This document shows positions 39,091 to 52,331 of a stretch of DNA of 64,000 bases, piece after piece; the first letter of the stretch is position 1, and the number at the start of each line of letters is the position of its first letter. Where the stretch lies: assembly GCA_026770705.1 (NCBI GenBank), contig JANJGN010000027.1:34472001-34536000 (forward strand). The letters run 5' to 3'. This stretch comes from Isurus oxyrinchus (lineage: Eukaryota). Below the pieces are notes generated by a model, which was given only the letters and a program-made list of their open reading frames with translations, ran no database searches and was not told where the DNA came from. A program made the translations under genes and the position numbers.

Positions 39091-42000
39091 AAATCCCTGA
39101 CCTCGATATTTTCCACCCGATATATCGGACATGGAGACAACACGTGTGGTATTACTTGAAAAAAATATATATAAGCCCGAGAACCTTATCTCTTTGCTCT
39201 TTGGATTCGAACTGCAATGTTTCTGCCTGGACCAACCCTCTGAGCTGACACACAGTGGTGTTGCTTCGTATTTAGCCAAACTCTCTCAGTGTTCATTTTT
39301 AACGCATGAGGGCCACTACCCTTCTGAAATATGGCTCAAAATTTGCTAGGACCATAGATGACACACGAATCATTCCTGTTAGTCTCTGTGGGGACATTCC
39401 TATTCTCCCGGGTTTGTTTACTGATAATCCCAACAGTGTTTTCAAATTGGTCCAACACTTTTCCAGGAGGCTGTCAGATTCTCACCCTCTTTTATCTTGG
39501 AGGCCTGGTTGATCTTAACATTAATCAAAATTTCCTTCATTTCCCCTTTAAGGTTTTTCATTTCTAGCTCTAAAGAAACCAAATCTAAGCAATTCACTAA
39601 TGAATTGCAAACAGACTTGTAGTGTTGCTTCCAACCCAATATCCCTGTCTCTGAGCCGAGGACTTGATCCAACATGAAACCCAGCAGTCCCTCAAACAGA
39701 CTCCTCTTCTCACCACACTGACCCATTAATCCTATCCATGTCAGTTCAGCATCACTGCAACCACCTCACAGTGCACACCTTGATTCAATATTTTCCGTAA
39801 TGACGTAAATAATAAACCATCTGAAAGAACCAGCATGTATTTAGCAGGGTACACAGCCTGACACTCATTATGAACAGGAGGTGATTGCTTACGTCTGAGG
39901 GCTTGTGCCTTGGTCGTCGTCTTAGGCAATACCACCCTCATGCTCACTGGCTGCCTCCAGGTGACCTGTTTCTAGGAATGGACGTGTGTACACACTCTTC
40001 TCTTCCTCTGTTCGGAGCCAGCAGATGTTTCACCATTCTACACTCAATCAGACTTTCCCCCGAGTTCTCCATTCTCATGTTCCTGAACGAGAATCATACA
40101 TTTGACTTGGATGATACAGAACCGCTCCAGAAGTCCCACTTCAACACACCACATCCATGGATATCACTAAGCTACACTGTTCCTAAGTCATGAGGTTGAA
40201 TTCCAACATATGTGCAGGAATAATCCTAACATCTTGCCACTATCTACCTTTGATATTTCCTACGGTCCATTTTATTTCAGGTGCCCCTGCTGCTGCTGTT
40301 GCTTGTTTACCTGAATCTGACTTGCTTTGTGTACTCTGGCAAGTCACCTAACGGACCCCCCTTATATCCTTCAGTCTTTAACAACATTAAACCAAATGTG
40401 GTCTGTTTCGTTATGTGGCCTGATTTCAAACCATCTACCTCGTTTGCCTATTACTAGCATCAAGACACAATGGCGGTTAGGGCTTGTGTTATTACAACAC
40501 CACGATCCGACCACGAACCATGATCTTGAGGTCCCAGGTGGGAGTGGTTCTGATTCCCGATTCCAAAATAAAGTGAAAGACTCAGTACTGAGAATTGGTG
40601 AAAAACCTGCGTTCCCGTCCAAGTTCGTAAATTCTGGAAAAAAATTGCGTATGTTCCACAAAATAAAAAAAAACCTGAAGTTATTGCTCTTAAATCAAAC
40701 CTGTTCAAAGAGCAGGAATTGTGCAACCTGTCCCCATTGGTAAAATTATGAATTTTGGGAGGCACAGATTTAAAATGATTTTAAACTGATGGAAATGTGA
40801 CCTGAGAATAATATGTGTAAGGAACCAGTGTTTCGGACTTGTAATGCACGGCCTGAAAGATTGATGAAGGCAGCTTCAATCGGAACATTCAAGAGGGCAT
40901 TAGTTGATTATTTGAGTAGAAACAAATGTTTGCAGGGGGCTTGGTGGTGAAGGTGGAACAATGGCACTAAGTCATAATGCTCATTGAATAGCCTGTGATG
41001 ACATAATGGCCAAATTCCCTGTATCTGTGCTGTTTAAAGCTTTTGACGATATAAAGAATTTGACAGAGGACTAATGGTTTCAGAGGGATTTTGTATGTGT
41101 GATGGATTTCGGAAAAGTAAAAAATACAGAATTAGAAGAAGAGGATAATTCCTGGGTTGATGAGGATAATCCACCGCTACTGCATGGACTGCAGGACAGA
41201 CAACCGGAGGGTGGCCCCCTGCCAATGACCCCTATGAGACACAAAGGATTCTCCCTTCAGCTAATTAGCAGCAGGTCGGCGGGGAACTGGACCATGAGTT
41301 TGTGAGCCCATAGCTAGCTGAAGTTCTATGGAAAGTGGCAGCGGAGATCTCAAAGCTAGAAATAGGGAAATATTCACACAGCCACCATTTGGAAATTTGA
41401 TCAGACGGCAAGATTGCACGTTCCTGAAGGAGAAGGGTTAAAATAGGCTGTGCCTCATTATCTTGAGAGCTAACATCTTGGCAGCATTCCCAGCCGCAGG
41501 AATGATGAGGCAGGGGGACTGGGAAACAATGAAAGGGAGAGTGAAAACAACTCACAGCTGAGGAATTTCAAAACCATTTACCTAGCTGGACACAGTGAGA
41601 GAGGGAGTCTCTGAAATGCAGATCTTCTGCGCTGGGAGAGTGTGCTCAGCCTATAATGGGGCTGATGGAGGTCGGGAACAGATCCAAGACAAGCTCCTAG
41701 GAGCAATGTGAACCCGTGGGCTCGGAATGCTAATAGACCATTTGTTTGCGAGTTGGCAATCTGCCCCTGATGGCTTTGACCCAGCCACAGCAAACACTCC
41801 AGAAGCAGGAGTGTTGAGTAAAACAAGCCATCGGTTGGATGCAAGATAGGAGGACAAGTCTGCAAGCGGGCTTTATGAGTAAGCCCAACGGAGAAAGTGT
41901 CCGATATAAAGGTGACAGCAGCTAAGGCTGAGTAAAGGCCAAAGCGCAAGGAACTGTGGTAAATACCCACTGTGGAGGATACAGAGGCATTACAGGAAAG

Positions 42001-43099
42001 GGTGAAAAGCCTTTCATGGAGAAGGGAAGGGCTGGAGAGGCAGTACCAGCGCTCAGTGTCCCGAATACCTGATGGAAAGAGGACCTGACAAAGCGGGAAA
42101 AGGGATTTGAACTCTTCCAGTGGTGGTGGGGAGGTCTGAATGTAGACCTAGGGGAGGGCAGGTGTGGAAGGGGGGCTTTCGGGTCTCCTCCTGTGGGGAT
42201 TCAATGTTGACTGGGCCGCTACCAACACGAGTATCTGTGTACACTCAGCGGCCTTGAATGGGGTGTTGGCGGGAGAGAGGGTCAGGGTCAACCACATATG
42301 GATGTAGAGGTGGATGAGACAGAGCGGGAATATTGATTGGGTACGGGAGCGTGCTGTACTGTGTGCTATTATCCATCCCCTCAAACACTCATATGGTCCT
42401 GGCGGACCCCATTTGTGTTTGAGAGACTTACAGATCGATTGTGATCACATCTCCAAGCCCCAGTGACAAAGTACATTCCCAAAGGAAGCATAGAGGGGCT
42501 TAGAGACAGCTGTACAGCACCTGGTAGAACATAAACATCTGCCAACCATTGTCGCCCACATAAATTATCCCATCAAAGCTGGTAAAGGAAGCAGATGGAT
42601 CATGGAGAAGGAGCGTGTATTATGGGGTATGAAAGAAGAATAGACAGCCCTGTGTTCTGAACGTTAACTTCTGCTTGACACAAAAGGAGGGAGAGCAGGA
42701 TGTGAGCACATGTTTCTTGCACAGAAACAGGGCGCCTGGAGGAGGCGAGTGGTAGTAAAAGTGATACTGCCTGAAAAGCCTACCAAGTCACCAGCCCTCA
42801 GGCATAATTAACCACCTCGTTGTCATAATGACACTCAGGCAGTGGAGCGTCTTAAAAATATGACTGGTCCTTCGGATGGTATAGTCTTAATCATTGCTTT
42901 GAAAATTTTGCATCATGATGTGAACCATGAAGTGATAGCATTGATGGTACAGTTAACAGGGATAGGGTTTCAGGATTGATGTGGATAACTTTCCAGGGCT
43001 TCATCTCTATGATCTGACCCTTATCCAAGAGTGAAGTGAGCTGCTATGAGGAGACTGGAGTAAGACATTCAGTGATGCTATGTGCAGATCCAGAGAGTG

Positions 43100-43760
43100 T
43101 TCTTACTGCACATCGCCATCACCCTCCTGGAACCAAGTGATCAGTGTAGCCTTCCACTGCATCTCCATGTCAGGACCATTCTCGCAGAAGTTATGTGCGT
43201 TTGCATCAGCCAGACTAGAATCAACTGTCCACAGAGGCAATGTGAGGACCTGTGGCAGCACTTCACTGCTGTCATCCTCCTCCACAACTCTGACAGCTAC
43301 CAATGCCTCCCATGCGCAGCTGCCCCATTTGGCCAGTGTGTTGGCCTAACTGTCGTCATGCTCGCCTTCAAGGACCTCCGCACCCTTATCCCCGTTGCCG
43401 TCTTTGTCATCGGAGGAGACATCCAGCTCCTCCTTAGCTAGCTCCTCTGCCCAATGCTGTGCCGATATATATGTTCAAAGCAGGCGACGATGATATGTCA
43501 AATGATCTGAGGGATATATTGCAGGGGTCCACGAAATAGGCCCAGGTGCCGGTGACTCATTTTCAACACTCTGATTGATTGTTTAACCAAGTTGTGAGCT
43601 GCAGCATGATCATCCTTATATAGTTGACCAGCGGAAATCAAGCCTGCATACCGGCGTCTCCAGCCACCTGCTCTGTGGGTAGCCCTTCAATCTGAGGATA
43701 CATCCATGCAGCCTCTGAGGGATCAGAGCCGTCAGGCACGTTCTCAGGCATTCTGCTGAT
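43100..43760 (-). mobile_element. PIF/Harbinger transposase remnant (HARBI1-like DDE domain, C-terminal half)
   Basis: Minus-strand reading across frameshifts gives KGYPQSRWLETPV...HAAAHNLVKQSIRVLKM...GPLQYIP...HIIVAC, matching the GDxGYP..WLMTP / H...R..VE..IG.LK.RF / LQY.P....II.AC motifs. Confidence 0.65.
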
Positions 43761-43824
43761 GGAGCAAGGCACATACAAGGGTATACTGGTCAATAGATAA
43801 TCCAGGTTCCCTCCGTAGTCCTAG

Positions 43825-44046
43825 GAGGCAGCAGCACTCGGCTTCAAAGAGCACAGCCTGGACACGCTTCTAACAGAGGTAGACACAGATAGTGATGTCC
43901 TGATCCCTGAAGAATCCAGGCTCCCTCCAGCCACCATAAAAGAAGCTTGGCTGATAATATTGGATGTCATCAGCCAAACTACTGATCACCATTGTCTCTG
44001 GATAAAATGTCGAAAGTGCCTCAGTGACCTTCTGCATTCTGCCAAG
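43825..44046 (+). mobile_element. Harbinger-associated Myb/SANT-like DNA-binding domain exon
   Basis: Open frame AALGFKEHSLDTLLTEV...VLIP...IKEAWLIILDVIS...WIKCRKCLSDLLHSAK ending at donor AAG|GTGAGG; fits the F...L..LL..V / AW..I / QCRK..NDL pattern. Confidence 0.65.
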
Positions 44047-45294
44047 GTGAGGGAGATGTCCCTACTAGGCATGAAGACTGGAACCGCAGCATATAGTATG
44101 TCAGGCCTCGGTTCTGCACTGGCTATATGATGCTCAGATGGGCTACAGGAACCTCTGTCCAATGAAAAGGTGCAGCAAGACATATCAATGAAAATGGATG
44201 GTAATAAGTAGAATGAACATTAGATCCATTGGAAGAATCTCCAATCACTGTCACTCGATGAGACAATACATCAATCTTCCTCTCTAGTCCTTGCAAGTGA
44301 AGAGGACGTGAATTGCTCGGGAGCTGCAGAGGACAGCGGTGGGACCCCAAATCTCTACCCTTTTTGAACCATGGGGAAGAAGGGAATGCACATTGCCACA
44401 ATACCTTCCACAGGACGTGTGGTTCACAGCGAATCCACCCTCCCATGTTCACACGGCCCTCGTGCTGATGCAGATGTGCAGGGGCTGACGTGAGCTGTCT
44501 GGGGAACATCAGAGATGGAGTTGAGCAGTGGTTTGGTATTAGCAACTACTGTGAAAATGGTATTGTATACCTCCAAGGCCTCAGAGTTTTTAACCAAGGA
44601 GACAGTGAAAGGCAGCAACTGTGCACTGGGAGAACTTCGGAAAAAGATCAGTGATAGTGAGGGGGATGTTCTGTCTGACTAGTATCATTGATGCCTTGTG
44701 TTTCTTTCACAGATCCCGGAGCTGAGCTCCCACTACCCAGAGAAGAGACAGGATTCAGACACGAGGAGGAGGTAAACGTACCAATGAATCATGATCAGCA
44801 TCATCCACTCAGAAGGCGCCAGCCATAGAATCAATCTATAAATAGTGCAAGTTGGAATGGAGTGCTATGAACTGGTTGATAAGCACGACACCAGTGTGCA
44901 GGAGGAAGCAACTGCAGTAACGATTTCGATGTTCACAATTCAAATCGTCCGTTGGGATTGGAAATCTGCTATCTGTACCCTGTATGATCTATATGTTACT
45001 ATGTGGTTATCACTTTGCCCAACAGTCTGTGTGCAACATTCATTAAATCTTCCAGATATGTGACATGTCATTGGATACAGGATAGGTAAAATTCCATGTC
45101 CTGATGATCTTAATTCCCCCCTCTCCCTTCAAATTCTTGCTTCACACTCTTCATGCCATCATGTGGAGGGAAGCAGAATGAACCAGTGGCTGCGATGAAG
45201 TATTGCATGAGCTGCTGTGTCCTTCGTCGGGCCTGTCATGCATAGCGTCCCAAGTGAGCCTTCATCCTCACCATACACCTCTTCATCCGTTTGT

Positions 45295-46030
45295 TTTTAG
45301 AAACGTAGAAACGTTGAAAGTAAGAAAAGGAGTAGGCCATTCAGCACTTCGAGCATGCTACAGCTTTCAATATGAGCACGGCACATTATCTGTTTGAATG
45401 CTATATTCCCGCTTTCGCTCCATGTCCCTTGATGCCCTTAATGTACAAACGTCTATCTAATTATTTTGTTATTACTCAGGAGTCCAGCCTACACAGCCTT
45501 AATTGGCAGAGAAACCAACAAGTTGACCAACCTCTGAGTGATAGAATTGTTCCTCATCTCAGTCCAAAATGACCTGCCCCGCATCCTGGGACTGTGGACC
45601 TTGGTTCTGGACTCCTCAAACAGAGGAAACATCATGCGTGCATCCAATCGCCATAGCTCATGTTATACTTTTTAATCATATCCGATCTCATTTGTCAAAA
45701 CTCTAGTGAATGCAGGCCATTCCAGAACGATCTTCCCGCATTCAAAAAGGCTGCCAACCCCAGCATCTGGCCTAATGAACATTTGCTGCTCTCCCTCCTT
45801 GGCAAGTATATCCTTTCTTATTTGGGGAGACCAAAAATGCATGCAATACCTCAGGTGCGGTTCCACCAAGGCCTTGATAACAGAAATAAGAGAACCCTAC
45901 TTCTGAACACAAATCCTTCTGCAAGGAAGGGCAACATGACAGTCACCTTCTGAATTGCTTGCAGCACCTATTTACTGTCAATTACTGGTGTACAAGGACA
46001 CCCACATCCCTTTGTGCATCCACATATGCA
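45295..46030 (-). mobile_element. CR1-like LINE 3' fragment
   Basis: ORF 45672-45869 VEPHLRYCMHFWSPQIRKDILAKEGEQ; TAGAAACG-type tail at about 45298-45320. Confidence 0.8.
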
Positions 46031-46905
46031 ATTACATCACGACCTTCCAACCTCTTCCTCAATATCATCATCTTCATTTCATGATAGGCTGTTTTCCTCT
46101 CTCTCTCCTCCATCCTCAGTGGTAGAACCCTTTTCAAATACAAGTTATGGAGCATGAAACATGCTTTAATAGTACAGGATACCATAGAAATTTCCAACAG
46201 TAGAGATAACTACATCTCCACCCCGCGCACCCCTCCCTCCCGCCCCCTGCTTTGCTGAGGCATCTGAACAGCAACTGGAGACGATGATCAGTTCATTGAG
46301 ATCCCTTGTATGAAGGTGGTTTTCAGTGCACCTTCGCTGGGGGTCTGTCTGCGGCTGCCAAATGGCCTTGTAAGGTTGTCAGATTAGATTCAGTTTTTAA
46401 GATGTGGAGTTGGAGAAACCTGAACCTACTACAGCCTAATTATGAATAAATATCAAACAAAGTTATTGTTCGAGGCTTTAACCTTAACGGCTGGACCCTG
46501 AGACTTCCGGGAGTAAACTCAATATAAGTTTCTATTTAGAAAAATGCAATTATATAAAATATCTAATTTTGCTTATATTAACACGTCTTTGAGTACAATG
46601 TTAAAGGTACACACGGCTTTTTCTTCCAAGGTCTAAGCTACATAGATTCTAATTTTTCAACTGAATAAAGTGACAAATTATAAATTGTAAATTCTGAATA
46701 TGTTCAATTGTTGTTATTGTGCATGACTTACAAGCGAAATACTCTGCAGTCTTGAGTGAATCTCTGGAGTTATCAGTTCTCTAGTTTCACTGTATGTCCA
46801 ACGATATGTTGTTACATGGAATACGTCTATTCTCCTGACAACGCGTCTATGGAAATCATCTGGGCGGTGAAATATATTTAACCCCTTGCCGACAACAAAG
46901 TTATT

Positions 46906-49900
46906 TCCAAAACAAAAACAAAATTACCTGGAAAAATTCAGCAGGACTGGCAGCATCGGCTGAGAAGAAAAGAATTGACGTTTCTAGTCCTCATGACCCT
47001 TTGACAGAACTAAGTAGAAATAAGAAAGGAGTGAAGTATAAGCTGGTTTAAGGTATGTGTGTGTGTGTTTTGGGGGGGTGGGGGGGTTGGTGGGTTGGGT
47101 GGGGGAGAGAAGTGGAGGGGGTGGTGTGGTTGCAGCGACAAGCAAGCCGTGATAGAAGTAGATCATCGAAAGATGTCACAGACAACAGAACAAAAGAAGA
47201 CATATGTGTTGAAGTTGGTGATATTATCTAAACGAATGTGCTAATTAGGAATGGATGGTAGGGCACTCAAGGTATAGCTTTAGTGGGGGGGGAGCATAAA
47301 ATGTTTAAAAATATTGAGAAATAATGAAAATAGGTGGGAAAAAGAAAAATCTATATAATTTATTGGAAAAAAAGGAAGAAACAGAAAGGGGGTCGGGATG
47401 GAGGAGGGAGGTCAAGACATAAAGTTGTTGAATTCAATATTCAGTCCGGAAGGCTGTAAAGTGCCTAGTCGGAAGATGAGGTGCTACTCCTCCAGTTTGC
47501 ATTGGGCTTCAATGGAACAATGCAGCAAGCCAAGGAGAGACATGTGGGCAAGAGAGCAGGGTGGAGTGTTCAAATGACAAGCGACAGGGAGATTTGGGCC
47601 ATTCTTGCATACAGACCACAGGTGTTCTGCAAAGCGGACACCCAGTTTAGGTTTTGTCTCTCCAATGTAGTGGAGATCGCATTGGGAGCAACGAATGCAG
47701 TAGACTAAGTTTGGGGAAATGCAAGTGAGATGTTGCTTCACTTGAAAGGAGTGTTTGGGCCCTAGGACGGTGAGAGAGAGAGGAAGTGAAGGGGCAGGTG
47801 TTACATCTTTTGCGTGGACATTGGGTAGTGCCATAGGTGGGGGTTGAGGAGTAGGTGGTGATGGAGGAGTGGACCAGGGTGTCCCGGAGGGAATGATCCC
47901 TACGGAATGCTGATAAGGGGGGTGAAGGGAAGATGTGTTTGGTGGTGGCATCATGCTGGAGTTGGCAGAAATGGCGCAGGATGATCCTTTGAATGCGGAG
48001 GCTGGTGGGGTGATAAGTCAGAACAAGGGGAACCCTATCATGTTTCTGGGAGGGAGGAGAAGGCATGAGGGCGGATCTGCGGGAGATGGGCTGGACACGG
48101 TTGAGGGCCCTGTCAATGATCGTGGGTGGAAAACCTCGTACAAGGAAGAAGGAGGACATGTCAGACGAACTATTTTTGAAGGTAACATCATCGGAACAGA
48201 TGCGATGGAGGCGAAGGAACTGAGAGAATGGGATGGAGTCCTTACAGGAAACGGGGTGTGCGGAGCTGTAGTCGAGGTAGCTGTGGGAGTCGGTAGGTTT
48301 GTAATGGATATAGGTGGACAGTCTATCACCAGAGATTGAGACAGAGAGGTCAAAGAAGTAAAGGGAAGTGTCAGAGATGGACCATGTGAAAATGATGGAC
48401 GGGTGGAAATTGGAAGCAAAAATAATACATTTTTCCAAGTCCCGACGAGAGCATGAAGCGGCACCGAAGTAATCATCAATGTACCGGAGAAAGAGTTGTG
48501 GAAGGGGGCCGGAGTACGACTGGAACAAGGAATGTTCCACATACCCCATAAAGAGACAGGCATAGCTGGGGCCCATGCAGGTACCCATAGCCACACCTTT
48601 TATTTGGAGGAAGTGAGATGAGTTAAAGGAGAAATTGTTCAGTATCAGAACCAGTTCAGCCTGACGGAGGAGAGTAGTGTTGGATGGGGATTGTTCAGGC
48701 CTCTGTTCGAGGAAGAAGCTAAGGGCCCTCAGACCATCCTGGTGGGGGATGGAGGTGTAGGGGAATTGGACGTCCATGGTGAAGAGGAAGCGGTTGGCAC
48801 CAGGGAACTGGAAATTTTTGATGTGACGTAAGGTGTCAGAGGAATCACGGATGTAGTTGGGAAGGGACTGGACAAGGGGAGAGAGAAGGGAGTCAAGATA
48901 ATGAGAAATGAGTTCTGTGGGGCAGGAGCAAGCTGAGATGATCGGTCTACCGGGACAGTTCTGTTTGTGGATTTTGGTGAGGAGATAGAAGCGGGGCATC
49001 TGAGGTTGGGTGACTATCAGGTTGGAAGCTGTGGGAGGAAGATCCCCAGAGGAGATGAGTTCAGTGACCGTCCTGGAAACAATGGCTTGATGTTCAGTGG
49101 TGGGGTCATGGTCCAGGGAGAGGTAGGAGGAAGTGTCTGCGAGTTGATGCTCAGCCTCCGCGAGGTAGAGGTCAGTGTGCCAGACAACAACAGCACCACC
49201 CTTGTCAGCGGGTTTGATGACAATGTCAGGGTTGGACCTGAGAGAATGGAGTGCAGTAAGTTCAAAGAGAGAGAGAGATTAGAATGGGTGAGAGGAGTAG
49301 AGAAATTGAGACGACTAATGTCGCGCCGACAGTTCTCAATGAAAAGATCAGGAGAAGGTAAGAATCCAGAGGGAGGGGTCCAGGTGGAGGGACAATATTG
49401 GAGTTGGGTGAAAGGATCCGTTGAATGGGGAGAGGACTTCTGCCCAAAGATGTGAGCCCGGAGATGAAGACGGCAGAAGAAGAGTTCAGCATCATGCCGA
49501 GCCCGAAATTCATTGAGGTGAGGGCGTAGGGCTATGAAACTAACTCCTTTGCTGAGCACTGAATGTTCAGCATCGGAGACGGGAAGGTCAGGGGGTATAG
49601 TGAATACACGGCTGGGGCTGGGATTGGAAGATGGGGTGGGGACGGAGGGACAGGCAGGGGTGGAGGGTCCTAGATGCGTGTTGCTGTCGATGAGTTGTTG
49701 GTGCTTGCATTCCTTAGCACTTGAGAGAAAGAGAAAAAGTTTCTTGTTGAGGCGTCGGATGAGCCGAAGAATAAAATGAAACTGGAGGCACGCACAGCTT
49801 TGAAAAAGGGTACGGCAGTGCTGCTGGAGGAAGAGGTCTAGTGTGTTCATATGGCGGAGCATGGCAGTTAGTTTGGATTTCAGAATATGTCCGGAACAGC

Positions 49901-50144
49901 AGGGCGAGAAAAGTTTTATGTCCCGGAAATACCTGTAATCCTGGGTGGGATCGAAAAATGTGGGGTGGAATTTCAATTGAAATCCATGTGGGGTAAGTCG
50001 GAGACGGACACAGTCACTGAGAAAGGAGATATGGCTGTGAAAGCGGGTTTTAGTAAACAACTTGTCAAACACCAGGAGAGAAATGGAAAGCAATGAAGGT
50101 GAGCAAGGCAAAAGAGAGATACGGAAATCTTGTCGCAGAGATCT
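46906..50144 (-). mobile_element. Penelope-like retroelement, near full ORF (N-terminus, RT, GIY-YIG) with frameshifts, 3' UTR and pLTR
   Basis: ORF 47647-48999: FYLLTKIHK, GRPIIS, TMDV, GVAMGT.MGPSYA.LFM, FLRYIDD; ORF 47484-47954: NLVYCIRC..C..HYIGETK..L..RFAEH (GIY-YIG); N-terminal ORF 49017-50111. Confidence 0.95.
46973..47011 (-). ncRNA. Hammerhead motif copy with core substitution (CUGUCAA), probably inactive
   Basis: AGUU-CUGUCAA-A-GGGUC-AUGAG-GACUA-GAAAC-GUC-AAUU. Confidence 0.5.
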
Positions 50145-52331
50145 GTGGATCTTCCTCCCACAGCTTCCAATTTGATAGTCCCCCTACATCGGACGGCCCA
50201 CTTCTATTTCCTACCCAAAATCCACAATGAGAGGTGCCCCGGTAGACCGATCGTCTCAGTTTGCTCCTGCCCCACAGAACTCATTTCTCGTTATCTTGAC
50301 TCCCTTCTCTCTCCCCTTGTCCAGTCCCTTCCCACCTACATCCGTGATTCCTCTGACAACTTACGTCACATCAACAATTTCCAGTTCCCTGGCCCCAACC
50401 GCATCCTCTTCAACATGGATGTCCAATCCCTCTACACCTCCAACCCCCACCAGGATGGTCTGAGGGCCTTTAGCTTCTTCCTCGAACAGAGGCCCAAACA
50501 ATGCCCATCCACCACTACTCTCCTCTGTCTGGCTGAACTTGTTCTCACACTGAACAATTTCTCCTTCAACTCCTCTCACTTCCTCCAAATAAAAGGTGTG
50601 GCTTTGTGTACGCACTTGGGCCCCAGCTATGCCTGTCTCTTTATGGGGTATGTGGAACATTCCTTGTTCCAGTCGTACTCCGGCCCCCTTCCACAACTCT
50701 TTCTCCAGTACATCGATGATTACTTCGGTGCTGCTTCATGCTCTTATCAGGACTTGGAAAAATTTATTAATTTTGCTTCCAATCTCCACTCCTCCATCAT
50801 TTTCACAGTCCATCTGTGACACTTCCCTTCCATTCCTTGACCTCTCTGTCTCAATCTCTGGTGATAGACTGTCGACCAATAACCATTACAAACCTACCAA
50901 CTCCCACAGCTACGTTGACTTCAGATCCTCACACCCCGCTTCCTGTAGGGACTCCATCCCATTCTCTCAGTTCCTTCGTCTCTGTCACATCTGTTCTGAT
51001 GATGTTACCTTCTAAAACAGTTCCACTCACATGTGCTCCTTCTTCCTTAACCGAGGTTTTCCACCCATGGTCGTTGACAGGTCCCTCAACCGTGTCTGGC
51101 CCATCTCCCACGCATCCACCCTGATGCCTTCTCCTTCCTCTCAGAAACATGATAGGGTCCCCCTTGTCCTCAATTATCACCCCAGCAGCATCCACATTCA
51201 AAGGATCATCCTCCGCCATTTCCACCAACTCCAGCATGATGCCACCACCAAACACATCTTCCCTTCACGCCCCCCTGTCAGCATTCCGTAAGGATCATTC
51301 CCTCCGGGACACATGGTCCACTCCTCCATCACCGCCTACTCCTCAACCCCCTCCAATGGCACTACCCCATTCCCACGCAAAAGATGCAACACCAGCCGCT
51401 TCACTTCCTCTCTCCTCACCGTCCAAGGGCCCAAACACTCCTTTCAAGTGAAGCAAAATTTCACTTTCATTTCCCCCAACTTAGTCTACTGCATTCGTTG
51501 CTCCCAATGTGGTTTCCTCTACATTGGAGAGACCAAACATAAACTGGGCAACCGCTTTGCAGAACACCTGTGGTCTGTCTGCAAGAATGACCCAAACCTC
51601 CCTGTCGCTTTTCATTTTGACACTCCACCCTGCTCTCTTGCCCACATGTCTGTCCTTGGCTTGCTGCATTGTTCCAGTGAAGCCCAACGCAAACTGGAGG
51701 AACAACACCTCATCTTCCGACTAGGCACTTTACAGCCTTCTGCACTGAGTATTGAATTCAACAACTTTAGGTCTTGAGCTCCCTCCCCCATCCCACCCCC
51801 TTTCTGTTTCCCCCTTCCTTTTGTTTTTTTTTTCCAATAAATTATATAGATTTTTCTTTTCCCACCTATTTCCATTATTTTTAAATATTTTGAAATATTT
51901 TATGCTCCCCCCACCCCCACTAGAGCTATACCTTGAGTGCCCTACCATCCATTCTTAATTAGCACATTCGTTTAGATAATATTACCAACTTTAACACCTG
52001 TGTGTTCTTTTGTTCTGTTGTTTGTGACATCTTTTGATGATCTTCTATCACTGCTTGTTTGTCCCTAAAACCAGACCAAACCCCTCCACTTCTCTCTCTC
52101 TCTCTCTTTCCCCACCACTCCCCACCGCCCCCCCACCCCCTGCACACACCTTAATCCAGCTTATATTTGAACTCTTTCTTGGACTCGAAATAAAGTTCTG
52201 TCGAAGGGTCATGAGGACTCGAAACGTCAACTCTTTTCTTCTCCAACGATCCTGCCAGACCTGCTGAGTTTTTCCAGGTAATTCTGTTTTTGTTTTGGAT
52301 TTCCAGCATCCGCAGTTTTTTTTGTTTTTAT
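50142..52331 (+). mobile_element. Second Penelope-like copy, 5'-truncated at the start of RT, inverted relative to the first
   Basis: ORFs 50130-50819 (RT, YIDD) and 51313-51777 (GIY-YIG, VYCIRC..CGFLYIGETK); frameshifts and a TAA at 51013; ends in the pLTR. Confidence 0.95.
52194..52232 (+). ncRNA. Minimal type I hammerhead ribozyme motif (CUGUCGA core variant)
   Basis: Identical 39-mer to 7383-7421: AGTTCTGTCGAAGGGTCATGAGGACTCGAAACGTCAACT. Confidence 0.7.

Noticed and set aside
30943-39143. Long Ser/Leu-rich ORFs (up to 548 aa) on the minus strand
   Set aside because: CT-rich sequence rarely contains stop codons; overlapping ORFs in all three frames and no domain signal
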